Assembly (NCBI RefSeq): GCF_006345805.1
Contig: NC_043002.1
Coordinates: 115,010,001-115,074,000, forward strand
DNA length: 64,000 nucleotides
Source of the DNA: Octopus sinensis
Taxonomy: Eukaryota
Reading direction: 5' to 3'
The stretch's first letter is position 1; every line of letters starts with the position of its first letter. Positions 51,819-64,000 of this stretch are shown piece after piece. The position numbers were made by a program, and so were the translations under genes. The notes beneath the pieces are model-generated. The model was not told the DNA's origin. It saw only the letters and a program-made list of their open reading frames with translations, and ran no database searches.

Positions 51819-51851
<33 letters not shown>

Positions 51852-51861
51852 TGTATGTATG

Positions 51862-51904
<43 letters not shown>

Positions 51905-52053
51905 TATTTCTTTACTACCCACAAGGGGCTAAACACAGAGGGGGACGAACAAGGACAGAGAAACAGATTAAGTCGATCATATCGACCCCAGTGCGTAACT
52001 GGTATTTATTTAATCGACCCCGAAAGGATGAAAGGCAAAGTCGACCTCGGCGG
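51665..52053. mobile_element. SINE A head (+) joined through microsatellite to a SINE B CORE/tail (-)
   Basis: GGCGTGGCTGTGTGGTAAG at ~51670; the reverse-complement B module at 51905-52053. Confidence 0.75.
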
Positions 52054-52055
52054 AT

Positions 52056-52091
<36 letters not shown>

Positions 52092-52583
52092 TGGCTATAG
52101 CAGAAGATAAAGGTTTCTCTGAAGTAGCAATAGCATTACCTTTAATTCTATAATTATATACCGCCTTTTAACCCCAACACATGTTTCAGTAGCACCGATT
52201 AGCAATCGTTGCAATTGCAACCCTACAATAAAACGGTGCAGCCTCTTCAAGGTCTTAACTTGATATCCCTCAGTATGGCCGTTTAATGATTTCTTCTAAT
52301 AAACCCTCCGTTGTATAATTTAAAGCCAACCGTTAAGTCATACGCGAACAATCTCTAATTCAAGTTCTCATTGGATAATCATTTTCAGTCTATCATTTCA
52401 AAACCTTGCATAGTTTAAATGATAATTATTTATTTAAGGGAATTTCCTCATGTGCAGGCATCTCAATGCTTGCTCCTGTCCAGAATTTATTACATTACCC
52501 TAGCATGTGAAAATCCTGTACTAATTCTTGTAGAAATGGATCACATCTATTGGTTCCAGGTCTGCATGGTGTTTGTTACTCTG

Positions 52584-52622
<39 letters not shown>

Positions 52623-52639
52623 GTGTGTGTGTTTGTCGT

Positions 52640-52812
52640 CCACCACTTGACAACCGGTGTTAGTGGGCTTTTGTCCCCGTAAATTAGCTGTTCCGCAAAA
52701 GATAAAGGATACCAGGTTTAAGAAAATACTGGGGTTCATTCATTCAACAACAAATTCTTCAAGCTGGTGCCCTAGTATGGCCATAGTCTAATGACTGAAA
52801 CAGGTAAAAGAT
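52640..52812 (+). mobile_element. SINE A-related 3' half
   Basis: CTTGACAACCGGTGTTAG..CCCCGTAAATTAGC..ATGACTGAAAC. Confidence 0.65.
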
Positions 52813-52818
52813 ATACGA

Positions 52819-52859
<41 letters not shown>

Positions 52860-52999
52860 TGATTATTTTGATTTGAAAACCCCACTAGAATGGGAGAAAG
52901 CGCTAATGATCTAAGTGATATGATATATATGTAAAAAATGTAATATATAAATAAATATCTGTAAATATAAACCATCCGATCTTTTGATTACCTCATTTC

Positions 53000-53081
<82 letters not shown>

Positions 53082-53108
53082 TATACATATATATGTGTGT
53101 GTGTGTTT

Positions 53109-53155
<47 letters not shown>

Positions 53156-53844
53156 GATAAGTATCGACACCAAGCTGTGTTTACGCATAAGCGAACTTTT
53201 GGTTAGTTAAAATTTGTTAGTAACAGATTTCAACTTCTAAGGGTAACTCACTGCAGTTACCGTGAAGAAAAATTATCTCTTATGATAAAAATGTTTGAGA
53301 ACACCATATCTCTCCAGTGCCGCTCCCTGTCGGATTTCTAAACGCGTTTCTTACTCTTTAGCTATAATCAATGGGAAATACCGAAGAGTGGCAACTCTGC
53401 ACATACTTTTTTTTTTTTTTTTGAGATCTTAAAACAATTTACGTCTAGTCTAATAAAATAAGTGACTGTTATACATTAACTGCTAAGGCTAACAAGAACA
53501 AAACCTCCACAACTAATAATAGCAATACTAACCTTCAGTTTTATTTGGTTTAGAACAAGTGGTCGAAAACAGCGACCACATTTACCTCCACAAAATTTAG
53601 AGTGATCATATTTATCAATATGTTTGCTGCGAAAACCATATAGTGGAAGTCAGTTGCATGCAAGCTGTTGACATCATTGCAGTCTCGACTAATAGAGGAA
53701 TTACGACACTTCACCTACAATTCTATCTTAGATGTTGGACCATACTCAATAACCTGAACAGAGTTGAACTTCAAATGCCCGGATTTGGATTTGCGATGAA
53801 GTTTGCAATAATAAACCCGTCTTCTGTTTTGGATCTTTTGTTTC

Positions 53845-54048
53845 ATTTTTTACTTGTTACAGTCACTGGACTGCGGCCTTCAACTATTTTTGTATTTGTC
53901 CACCCCACCGTTTGTCAAGCGGTGGGGTGGGCAAATGCAGACACAAAGACACGAACACACATGCACATTCACACACTATGTATGTATATACATACATACA
54001 TACATACATACATACATACATACATACATACATACATTCATACATACA

Positions 54049-54122
<74 letters not shown>

Positions 54123-54290
54123 CGACTTCTTGACGCTTCCATCTACCTATTCCACTAAAAAGGGTTAGATTGATCCGCGGCTATAGCAGAATATAATTAG
54201 CCAAGATGCCACGCATTGGGACCGAACCCGAACCATGTGGTTGCGATGGAAACTTCTTACCACACAACCGCATCTGCACCCATAGAAATA
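53845..54290 (-). mobile_element. Diverged SINE family A
   Basis: Tail CAGTCACTGGACTGCGGCC and head GAACCCGAACCATGTGGTTG on the reverse strand. Confidence 0.7.
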
Positions 54291-54899
54291 AATCACAACT
54301 TGTGATTTATTGACGTCAAATGAGAAAACATTTCCGAATTTATCGTCCTGTGTTAACAAAAATCTAATTTGTGTGGTGACTGGTAGACTCGAAAGAACGA
54401 TGAAAAAAAATATTCTTGGTCTTTCATTGCAACTCTTTGCGTTCTTATTCAGTTTTCGACAGTAAGAAACTCTATACCAGTAATATACTATTCCATTGCC
54501 CAAATTTGGTAACTCTTGTATAAAGGAGAAAAAGATTGGAAATGAAATGAACAGAACTACCCGCCGCAGTTGTTGTGGTTGAATATTAGAGAATGTAGAC
54601 TATTTCTATATTAGTTACAATTAAGCAATTTGTTAAGAACGCCAGTGAAGCAATGAGAACAATGCCAGAAACATACACAAAGGTATCTAGAGTAGAGAGG
54701 AAATATTTCTCCGATGGCGACTGCACCAATATAGACAGAATTAATGAGGATATTATGAATAAAGAGGCACAGAAATGATTTCTTATTCATTTGATTTAAT
54801 GGATAGCGTCAATAAGAACAAAGAATTAATTTTAAGATATATTATTAATTTGATAGAAGACTGGCAAGTTGATGGATTTTAAACTTTTGCTTGTCACTG

Positions 54900-55420
54900 C
54901 TTATTGCGAAAGTATTCAATCATTCCCACAAGTTAGTCAAATCAGTAATGAAGTGAAATACAGTTGATGAAAATTTGAGAATCCCAGCATCTTCCGGAAA
55001 TGTTAATATATTCAGCCCCTGTAGCTTAAGTAAATCTGCTAACAGCAACGTCTTGGTAATGGAACAAGGTTTATCAATTTTACTACTGAATCAACTCTTT
55101 AAGCAAGAATATTTTCAGGTGATTCATATCTCTTATGATAAAAGGCATATTTGATATATAAATAAGTTTTTCATTGATTAAATAACAGAGATAAATGGCA
55201 CCCAAATTGTTTTATACGTTAAATGGAGGACAAATATTCCAGCATAAACTTCTTCCTGTGGACATACTCTGTGATAACTATTATAATTTTATCTGGACTA
55301 GAAGGATTACCTCTTCATCATAAGGATTATCAGTGAAAAGAGTACTTTCATCACATTTGACAAACTTCCAATGAAGTACATCCGATTCATGTTGTAAGAA
55401 TTTGAACCATGAATTGAATT
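54900..55420 (-). mobile_element. Possible very old Tc1/mariner transposase relic
   Basis: WKFVKCDESTLFTDNP (cf. IVTCDEKW..YDNP) and HRKKFML (cf. HPKKVML); weak. Confidence 0.3.
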
Positions 55421-55705
55421 TGAGTTACCTATTTTTGCATTTTGGTGTACTAACTCTGAAACCAAATATATACTATACAAAAACAGTCTGAAGTCAAGCT
55501 CGCTTGAGTACCTGATTTATAATATTTCATCTAGTATAAAAGGTACAGTCAGGAATTTGAGGACTTACCAGTAACACCGTGAAGAATAAAAAATTATAAC
55601 ATATATTTTCAACAACATATTCTCAATAACAGTGACGCATATGTTAAGTTTTGTGTGTAGGGGGAGTTAAATTACAAAAGTTACTGATAATCTCTCAACA
55701 GATAG

Positions 55706-55865
55706 GCGAAGGAGTGGCTGTGTGGTAAGTAGCTTGTTTACCAACCACATGGTTCCGGGTTCAGTCCCACTGCGTGGCATCTTGGGCAAGTGTCTTCTTC
55801 TATAGCCTCGGGCCGACCAAAGCCTTGTGAGTGGATTTGGAAACTGAAAGAAGCCCATCGTACAT

Positions 55866-55908
<43 letters not shown>

Positions 55909-56145
55909 GTGTGTGTGTGTGTGTGTGTGTGTATGTTTGTGTGTCTGTGTTTGTCCCCCTAGCATTGCTTGACAACCGATGCTGGTGTATTTACGTCGCC
56001 GTCACTTAGCGGTTCGGCAAAAAAGACCGATAGAATAAGTGCTGGGCTTACAAAGAATAAGTTCCGGGGTCGATTTGCTCGACTAAAGGCGGTGCTCCAG
56101 CATGGCCGCAGTCAAATGACTGAAACAAGTAAAAGAGTAAAAGAG
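55706..56145 (+). mobile_element. Full-length SINE family A
   Basis: Complete head, internal microsatellite and tail. Confidence 0.92.
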
Positions 56146-56589
56146 ATACTTCGAGTTAAATGGGGAGTTGAACATATTGTGTAGATAACTCTTTAATGGT
56201 GAGGTGTATGTAGAAATAGGATCGATATTACATTCGCTTAAAACTCATTAGCAGAACTATACATATGCTTACAAATAACCGAGTGTAGCATCAATGAAAT
56301 TAGTTATTTTGTTTTATTTTACCCGTTTCAATCATTGGAATGAAGTTACATTGGTGTACTACCTTAAATTTTTTACTTTTCCGTATCGACAGCGATAATT
56401 AATTCAATCACGTAATTACTTTATTGAGTGGGAAGTTCACATTGTGACACGCACTGATTTTTATTAGCCATCAGTTTGGGCTAAATATATAAGAACAACA
56501 GGGACAAATAAACATACAAACATATGTATGTGTTAAATAGAGAAAGAGAGAAAGAGAGAGAGAGGAGGGGAGAAAAGATGAGAGATTGG

Positions 56590-57794
56590 ACTCCCAGGTC
56601 GATTTCGACGTATGCGGTTCCATGATTCAGAATCGATTAATTCTATCAAGCCGAGACTGTAGGAACAGTTTTGTTACAAGTGGGATTATCCCTGGAATCG
56701 CATCGATGTAAAGTGGACTTCAACACAGAGCTTTGCCTGGTCCTAAGTTATCGTTTTACAAATGTCGACTTTATTTGTGTATGAATAAAATCTAGATATT
56801 CTGTATAAATTTAACTTCACTTAGCAGAAGTATTTGAGATATGAGTTTTCAAATAACTCGGAAGTGAGTTTGATGAAATTGTACTTGCATTTATCTTGAA
56901 GAAAAATCGACACCAAGAGTCAAATCTTCGTTTGACACTTCTAGGAGGAAACACCGCTGGTGCTATGAAATCAAAATCCCTACTTGTGTATCACTCCAAA
57001 AATCCCAGGAATTTTATGGATTTAATTAGCTTCTGATTTGGCATTCAAATAAGAAGGCAGAGATTATTAAGACTGTTTTCGAAGAATTGGTAACAAGCAT
57101 TTTTTAAATCCTATATCCAAATTCTTTACTCTATCGAGAGGTGTGATAGTTAATGTCAATGCATGTTGTCCGAAAAGAGCTATCAAACAAATTATGAAAA
57201 CATTTGACAGAGAGGATAAATCTACAATTAGAAACAGCTGGGAAAAGTTCAGCATAATGGATATTGCTGAAAGCTTACCTGAGAATTGACATAAGTGGAA
57301 CCTTCAATACTGTATAGAGCTTGAGAAAATATAAAGTAATACAGTATACGTGACTTCGCAAGTTTTCCACAAGCAAAAAACATTCAAATTGACAGAAATA
57401 TTGTGACACTTGCAAATAACGTAGCGTTTTAAGAAGTGATAGAGGATATCCCTACGTTGCTAGTGTTTCATGGAGGAATTTGATCTAACAAAGAACTGAT
57501 GCTGTTAGAAGAAGAGCAAGGCGAGAATATAAACGAGAATACGGAAATTCCACCAACTCCTCTTAAATTACCTGTAAAGTATATTGCTTGACGCCTGGTC
57601 CTGATAGAAGATCCGCAAGATTTTACTGATGACAATACTAATCATGAACGTAACATAAAAATTACAAGAGGGGCTTACCACAACCTGAATTACTACAGAC
57701 ACTGCCCACAGTAACATGCTGTGGAACTGAACCCAGAATCATGTGGTTGAGAAGCAAATTTCTTATAACAAAGCCACACCAGTTTACTTTATTA

Positions 57795-57847
<53 letters not shown>

Positions 57848-58625
57848 GAGTGAGCGAGCAGTTCATGCCATCAAAGTGACACTGGGGTAAAATATACGAA
57901 GCCCAATATGCCCATCATGACTACCCGTCTGATAAGGCCACACCAGGCACATGCATCACAACCATATGTGCGCGACATGGTGATCTCATATCAAGATAAA
58001 CTGCACATGACCTTGCAGGTGGGGCCAGTTAGAATTTTCTTCAGGTTGGGTAGCCCATCCCGCTCAAACGGTCCCTGAATAAGGGTCGTTTAAGGATGTT
58101 GAAAAAACCACCAATGTCTCCAGAGGTGAATTATTCAAACCCCAAAGAATCCCTCTCAACACATGGCTATGATGCTCCCCCACTACTTCTGCTCGTGATC
58201 AGAGATGCACATATCGTCAGCCACTAAGGGACATGCTCAACTGGTTAAGGTCAAACAACTGACAAGCAAATCTGTGGTATTGAGCAGAATATTTGCTGTA
58301 GCCCATCTTTTATACCAAGACAGAACAATGTACATGATAACACTTCCAATCAGTTAAGATCAGAAGCCATGAGAGCCACTGCCTGGTACTGCATCAGGGC
58401 ATTTATTATTATTATTAAATTATTATTATTATTATTATAAATATTATTATTATTATTATTATTTGTTCTTATCGCTTTTTATTTATAATTTTGAGAAAAA
58501 ATCTCTTAGAACTCATTATCACTTTCTAACATGAAAATCAATAAGAAACTTAATTTCACGATACGGGATTTTGCTTTACGGGATTTTCAGGAACATATTA
58601 CTTCCTTAATACGGGAATTCTCGTG
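56590..58625 (+). mobile_element. Decayed Tigger/pogo DNA transposon with nested insertions
   Basis: RLTLLGGNTAGAMKSKSLLVYHSKNPR (~56929-57010; cf. RLTLLLGGNAAGDFKLKPLL.YHSENPR), IWHSNKKA and a Tigger-like 3' end ATACGGGATTTTGC..TTCAGGAAC at ~58560-58625. Confidence 0.7.
57848..58400 (-). mobile_element. ~550-bp non-coding retroposed element embedded in (TAA)n repeats
   Basis: The minus strand begins GCCCTGATGCAG and ends CTCACTC(AAT)n. (TAT)n lies on both sides, and there is no tRNA A/B box or ORF. Confidence 0.6.
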
Positions 58626-61600
58626 AAGGATAAATAGAAGCATTTGATATTGTGCACCAAATATTAGCAGATGAAACCAATATTCCTTTCATTTAACCAG
58701 ACAGTTTGTAACAAATTGATACTAAATGATATCATTAACAAAATTATCATTATTTGATCCGACAAAGGAATAGTGTATTAATGGAACATCAATTGAAAAC
58801 TGACATCGTCCATTACATATATCATTATGATATGATGTAGGAAAACTGAATTAAACGGGATATTGAATAATAAAAAATAAACTTTTGAATCTCTCAGAAC
58901 ATATATGATGGATGAGATAGAGATCTGATTCTAAGGACAAATAGTTGCTGAACATCCATTTTCAAACGTATTTAGTAACATGTTGCTTCGGAATGAATCG
59001 TCAAATTTGTCTCTAGAGTAAAAAACATTCGCTGAAAAACAATGATATGCGGCGTCATTATCTCTAGAAGGGGGTTCATTTTCCGAATACACTTCTTTTA
59101 CAAAGATTTTTACGGCAAAATTTCTGAATGTGGGATGGTAGCCAAGTAGAGAGATAGTCTGTACGGTCTATCACATTTAGAATCTTTGTTTCATTTATCT
59201 CTGAAACTAACTGGACTCTAATATTGGCGCCTCATCTCTTTGTAAGAGAATCCTTGAAAACACAAAGGAATACAGACGTAGCCAGTCTCAGTACTCACAA
59301 ACTGCAACATAACGATATAGTAGTTTTAACAGTACTTTCATTTCTATTTCAACTCATAACAACAATAGACTTTGTAGTTTTCATTTAGGGGATATATTGG
59401 ATATATAATTAAATTATGCCAACGTTCCAAAAAATATTACCTCGATTTATTAATTTTTAATAGACGAATGATTTTAATCTTAATTCTGTTAGAATATATA
59501 GGAAGTAATTTGATAGTAATCAATCCGTTGTTATATGACTTTGCTACAGCAATAGGCACAAGTAATTACGAGCTTCCGGGTTCGAAGCGATTGATCAGAA
59601 TCATGGACGAGTATCTTCAATCATAGCCTGTAATCAGCTTAAACATTTTGAATCTGTTGTCCACTTAAACACCATCACTTAGTTCTTGAGCTATGTTTGA
59701 GAATTTTACAATTATAAATATTTGGACTTGCTATTTAGTCTGAGGAAAACTTGATAACTAGAAGCGCTGTTTCCTTCTGTTCAACAGTTGAAGCAAAGTC
59801 TCTTCCTACTTGTACACCCTTTGCAAAACATGATAAATGTTGTTCTTTCCCCTTTTTTCTACAAAATGAAAAGTATTTAGAAGATGGAGAAATGATTGTT
59901 TATTATATTCATTCATGATTTAAGGTGGATTGTTATATTCAAATTACAACTGTATCACAAGAATCTAAAAGAATTACATTTTCGAACAAGAATCAACAAA
60001 ATGTACCGAGAAAAACCCGTCTGTACACAAAATGAATTGTATTCTACAAAGTTTACATAAACATCTAAAGTAATTTTTATTTTCAACTAATTCCATTCAT
60101 TGGACTGCAGGTATTCTGGGGTACCACTTATCGTATCTATTTGTCGAACCAGTGAATACGTAAACACGGGTACATTTATACGTATTATATTATATAAGGC
60201 GGCATTATTTACGTCTCACAAATCCCACTCACAACATATTGAGGCTACAATTGACTTGAGGCTTTTATAGAAAACTTTGGCTTAATGTGTGGTGCAGTGG
60301 AAACCAAACTGAAAGCGCAACGTTACGAAATGAAGTTTTTCCATGTATTACGAGGTTGGCGAAGGAAACATTGACTTCTTTGACAAATACTGAAGTCTTA
60401 TCATTGAATTTTGATTGAGAATTAAAAAAAGGACTTTTTTATTAACTTTATTTATTAACTCCAAATGGTTAAAAGGTAAATTTGATCTTTGACTTCAGAA
60501 TGCAGAAAGCCAGAGCAAATAACTTAAGGCATTCTGATTGAGGAGACGCTAACGATTCACCGCTTTCATACAAGCTTACCCACGCCTATATTTGGAGTGG
60601 GTTTTATTCTGCCTATGCCTCTGAACAAACTGCAGTTCATTTTCCTCAAATTTGTCATGAATTGTATTCATTACTTCATCAATTAAATCATCACGATTAT
60701 AGAAATCTTAACATATTTAGCTAGGATTCAGCTAACGATGAACATTGGTAAAATTTCCTTATAATGTTAATTTCTGAACGTATACATTTTTTGTCTCTTA
60801 TTAAAAAACCATTATATTTCTGTTATGTGGTTACGAATTTATATTGCTATACAACTAAATATATTAAATTGTCTATTAAAAGATAATTACAATTGTGCTG
60901 AACCCCACATCTAACTCTATTCCGCATGAATTCTACTCCTCAAGTAAACAAATATCTTTCTAAAGCCATCAATTATGCTCCTTATGCGATTATCGGAGAT
61001 GTATTTGTGTATAGTTCTATTAAATTAACTTCGTTACATTGTCTATATGTATACAGACGTTGATGTCAACTCCTTAATAATCTGTCTGCTGTAGCAAATA
61101 TCCTGAAATATCCAATTACATCTGCTGCCAAAGCGTACACTTGCTCTAGAAAGTATACTTTCCAGAAATGCATAGCTACGCGTTTACAATTAACTTTCCT
61201 AAAACCCCACCCTTGAAATATATTATGGTTTCCTACTTAGATTACAAAGTTCCCCATGGTAAAGTAATATAGAACCTCCGGTCCAAGAGTAAGTTACAAA
61301 TACAGATAATATTTCACATATATTTACATTTGTAAATAAAACAAATATTGATAAATATGGCTTGTGTGATATGCCTGGAAAATATTCTAATGCTGCGGAA
61401 GTGTTGTTGAAAATAGCATAAAAGTTATGAGAGTGATTTCAGAAAAAGTGTTGCACTGGTTTGAAAAATGACGCAAAGAAATGTGTTGAACAAAATTTCG
61501 TTGACAGTAGGTGAGACTTCTACTGAATAGAAAGAAAGCTGGGAAAATACTATTCCAGGTTGCCTACGGGGTCAATTAAAGTCACGTGAACTTTTTACTA

Positions 61601-61699
61601 TAAGCTCCATCTAAAGTGCTATGTACATAGGAAGACAGCTAGAACCAAGGTTTCTTCAAAGAATTCTCGTACCAGTTATTTCATATATATATATATATA

Positions 61700-61995
61700 T
61701 TTAAGTAGTTGAATGAATTATCCTAGTATGGATAATTCGGTTAACCGATACCCGGGTAGCAAATTCACGTCAGAAAACACGGTTGAAGCTACATGTCAAG
61801 GGCAGAGATCACGTGCTTTCGTGTGGAAAAAACTTTTAGATGACTGCCCAGTTTGTGTTCGTCATGATGCTGACATAAGTTCCTTGTCTTTCCTGATGAG
61901 AAGGCGGCATAATGCACCCCTTATTCCTTCGGAATTAGGAATATGCAGTCTTCGAAACATATGTCGAGAATAAAGGAATTTTGTTAAATCGTCGT
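61700..61995 (+). mobile_element. Penelope-like element terminal fragment
   Basis: Ends in CTGATGAG..CGAAACATATGTC..AATAAA, the hammerhead-containing terminus typical of Penelope-like elements. Confidence 0.55.
61882..61976 (+). ncRNA. Type I hammerhead ribozyme with intact core, predicted cleavage after C61965
   Basis: CCTTGTCTTTC-CTGATGA-GAAG..CTTC-GAAAC ATAT GTC-GAGAATAAAGG: G10.1-C11.1 present, GUC triplet, palindromic ACATATGT stem III, interrupted stem I. Confidence 0.8.
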
Positions 61996-62070
61996 TCGAC
62001 TCCATTCTTTCATTCATTTATATATATATATATATATACATGCACACATGCACATATATGTAGCACCTTT

Positions 62071-62142
<72 letters not shown>

Positions 62143-62172
62143 CATACATACATACATACATACATACATACA

Positions 62173-62203
<31 letters not shown>

Positions 62204-62269
62204 CAAGAAAATTACCCTATTAAACAAGAGTATATATATACATCTATGTATATCTCTTCTATTTTTTAA

Positions 62270-63544
62270 TTATTATGAATCTTCCCCTGAGGAGGGAGCC
62301 GGTTTCCAACAAAGAAACAAGCCTCCATCTTTAGGATGTAGGTAACACAGACAAATTCATATTTGGAACTTGAGAAAAGTCTCACACACTCTTACTGTTC
62401 CACTCACAGATTGCGCATGTAGTGTACGAATTAGCCGGTAGATTTCGTTTTCTGAAAACACCAGTTTATCCAGATTCTCCTTTAAGCATTTACTAACAAA
62501 ACCTATTGCTCCAATTATTATTGGTATAAATATGAATTCATGGTCTGGATATAGAAGATGGAGATTTTGAAGCAGTTGTCCATAGATATCCTCTTTTTAT
62601 TTGATTTTCACAGACATTTATATCTGCAAGGCAGCTGATCTCTCTGATGGTACATACCTTTGCTTCTCGCTCCCAAACAACAACATCCGGCCTATTATGT
62701 TTACATTTGACAGAAGTTTTAATGGGAATATTCCACTAGTATTCCTTGAGTTGGTGTTTATAAATGCATCACATAACAGGGATTTTTTAAAGTTTATTTC
62801 AGGACAGTCTTTTTTGCTGATGGCATTGTAAATTGTTTTAGTGACAACATTGTGTCGCATAAGGAGGTAGTACCATAACGACATTTTAGGACAGCTGCTA
62901 ATCACATGCGGTATGTCTTTCACAGGAACATGACATCTTGGGATTACAAGAGCGTCACTGTCTCTCTTTTTCACCAGGTACTTTGTGACAATCTCCTGTT
63001 CCTGGATTGCAAATGCATAACCTTCAAAGTGTAATGTGATGTAGTGGTCTTGTGTCCAAAAGAGGTTGTACTTCGTGTCAATTCTACTGTCTTCCTCAAG
63101 CTTCCGGGCACCATACCCATGCAGAGTCTTTTTTTTTTTTGTATGCTGAGTGCCTTCCATCCAGATCTTCTCTGAGGTGCTTCTTGAGGAGCTCACTGCC
63201 AACTCGTACAATGTTGCTCACTTCACTTTTCAGCACTGCATTTATATATTTATTTTTGATGCTATTGTTTAGCAGGTGCTGCCTGAGTGATACCAAACGG
63301 CATTCGAAGGCCGTCTGCACTGATCTCAGGCCTCTACCACCTCCATTTCTTCTTAGGTAGAGCCTGTCAACGTCACTGTTTCTGTGGAAGTTCCCAGTTG
63401 TTGTAAGGATTTTGCGGGTTTTCATATCTATGAAGTGAATTTCCTCTACAGACCAATCAAGTATCCCAAATGCTGGAATCAGCACTGGTACTGCAAATGC
63501 ATTGTGGGATATTGTTTTGCTGTAAAAGGGAATTTTACCCGCAC

Positions 63545-63545
<1 letters not shown>
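62270..63545 (-). mobile_element. 5'-truncated R4/Dong-clade LINE (RT thumb, decayed CCHC, REL endonuclease), frameshifted
   Basis: AFAVPVLIPAFGILDW..DMKTRKILT..SDVDRLYLRRNGGGRGL, FEGYAFAIQEQ, HVISSC..YLMRHN, NRPDVVVW and IPIIIGAIG; stop at 62357-62359. Confidence 0.88.
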
Positions 63546-63575
<30 letters not shown>

Positions 63576-63599
63576 ATAGATAATGTTTAATATACACAG

Positions 63600-63720
63600 T
63601 ACATAGTACTTAGCTACTAAACGTTTTATACACGGGAGATATCATCTAGGCAGGTTTTAAAACACGCCTAGCGTCTCCAAGTAACCTCCAGGCTCTGCGT
63701 ACATGGCCTATATAAGTTAT
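63600..63720 (-). mobile_element. Possible CR1/L2-type LINE 3' end
   Basis: Reverse reading ETLGVF..TCLD resembles the CR1 ORF2 terminus; short and weak. Confidence 0.3.
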
Positions 63721-64000
63721 AAATCAGGACAATAGAATAGAGAAATCATGAGAAAAAAATGTTAGCTAAGGCATTGTTATAGTAGGAGTCTGCATTATCA
63801 AAAATGTCTTTAGAAGTAGAGAGGTTGAATATCCTATTGCTAATGCTAGCTCTCAAGTTTTTAAACACGACAGGTGGGCAGCAGGCTTATGGAACGTTTT
63901 ATAAACCGTATCATAAATGTTAAACTAATGTAGAAAAAAAGATTCCTGTCTCTCTTAGATAAACATTTCCAGAAAATCACGAATACAGAGATATCTTTAA

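Noticed and set aside
53643-54158. 171-aa ORF
   Set aside because: The second half is SINE and microsatellite, it starts at GTG, and there is no recognisable motif.
58650-59760. Possible degraded RT on the minus strand
   Set aside because: Only vague resemblances (YRLSL, FDDS, MDD) across shifting frames, not enough to support a call.

Overview
AT-rich, repeat-saturated eukaryotic DNA. The tRNA-derived and CORE-type SINE families and the dense (TA)n/(CA)n/(TAGA)n/(TAA)n microsatellites point to a cephalopod, most likely Octopus (inference). No long intact host CDS is present; most ORF-track entries are microsatellite or SINE read-through. The window holds mostly decayed transposons: an Academ-type DNA transposon (1.5-5.6 kb), an IS630/Tc1-type element with TIRs split by a SINE (37.1-39.0 kb), a Tigger/pogo relic, R4/Dong and RTE LINE fragments, a Helentron-type non-autonomous element, a MITE and at least four SINE families. 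A few isolated candidate host exons are also present, the best being a Thr-rich, GPI-signal-like terminal exon at 9604-9804. The standout is a ~478-bp near-identical tandem array (43172-44759). Each complete unit carries a type I hammerhead ribozyme fold on the minus strand, and the array's 5' junction falls 4 nt from the predicted self-cleavage site. This looks like a retrozyme or Penelope-type self-cleaving repeat inserted into a SINE's microsatellite. Three further hammerhead-like designs occur at 32139-32176, 39188-39370 (an inverted pair, triplicated) and 61882-61976. All folds and translations were done by eye, with no software or database searches.
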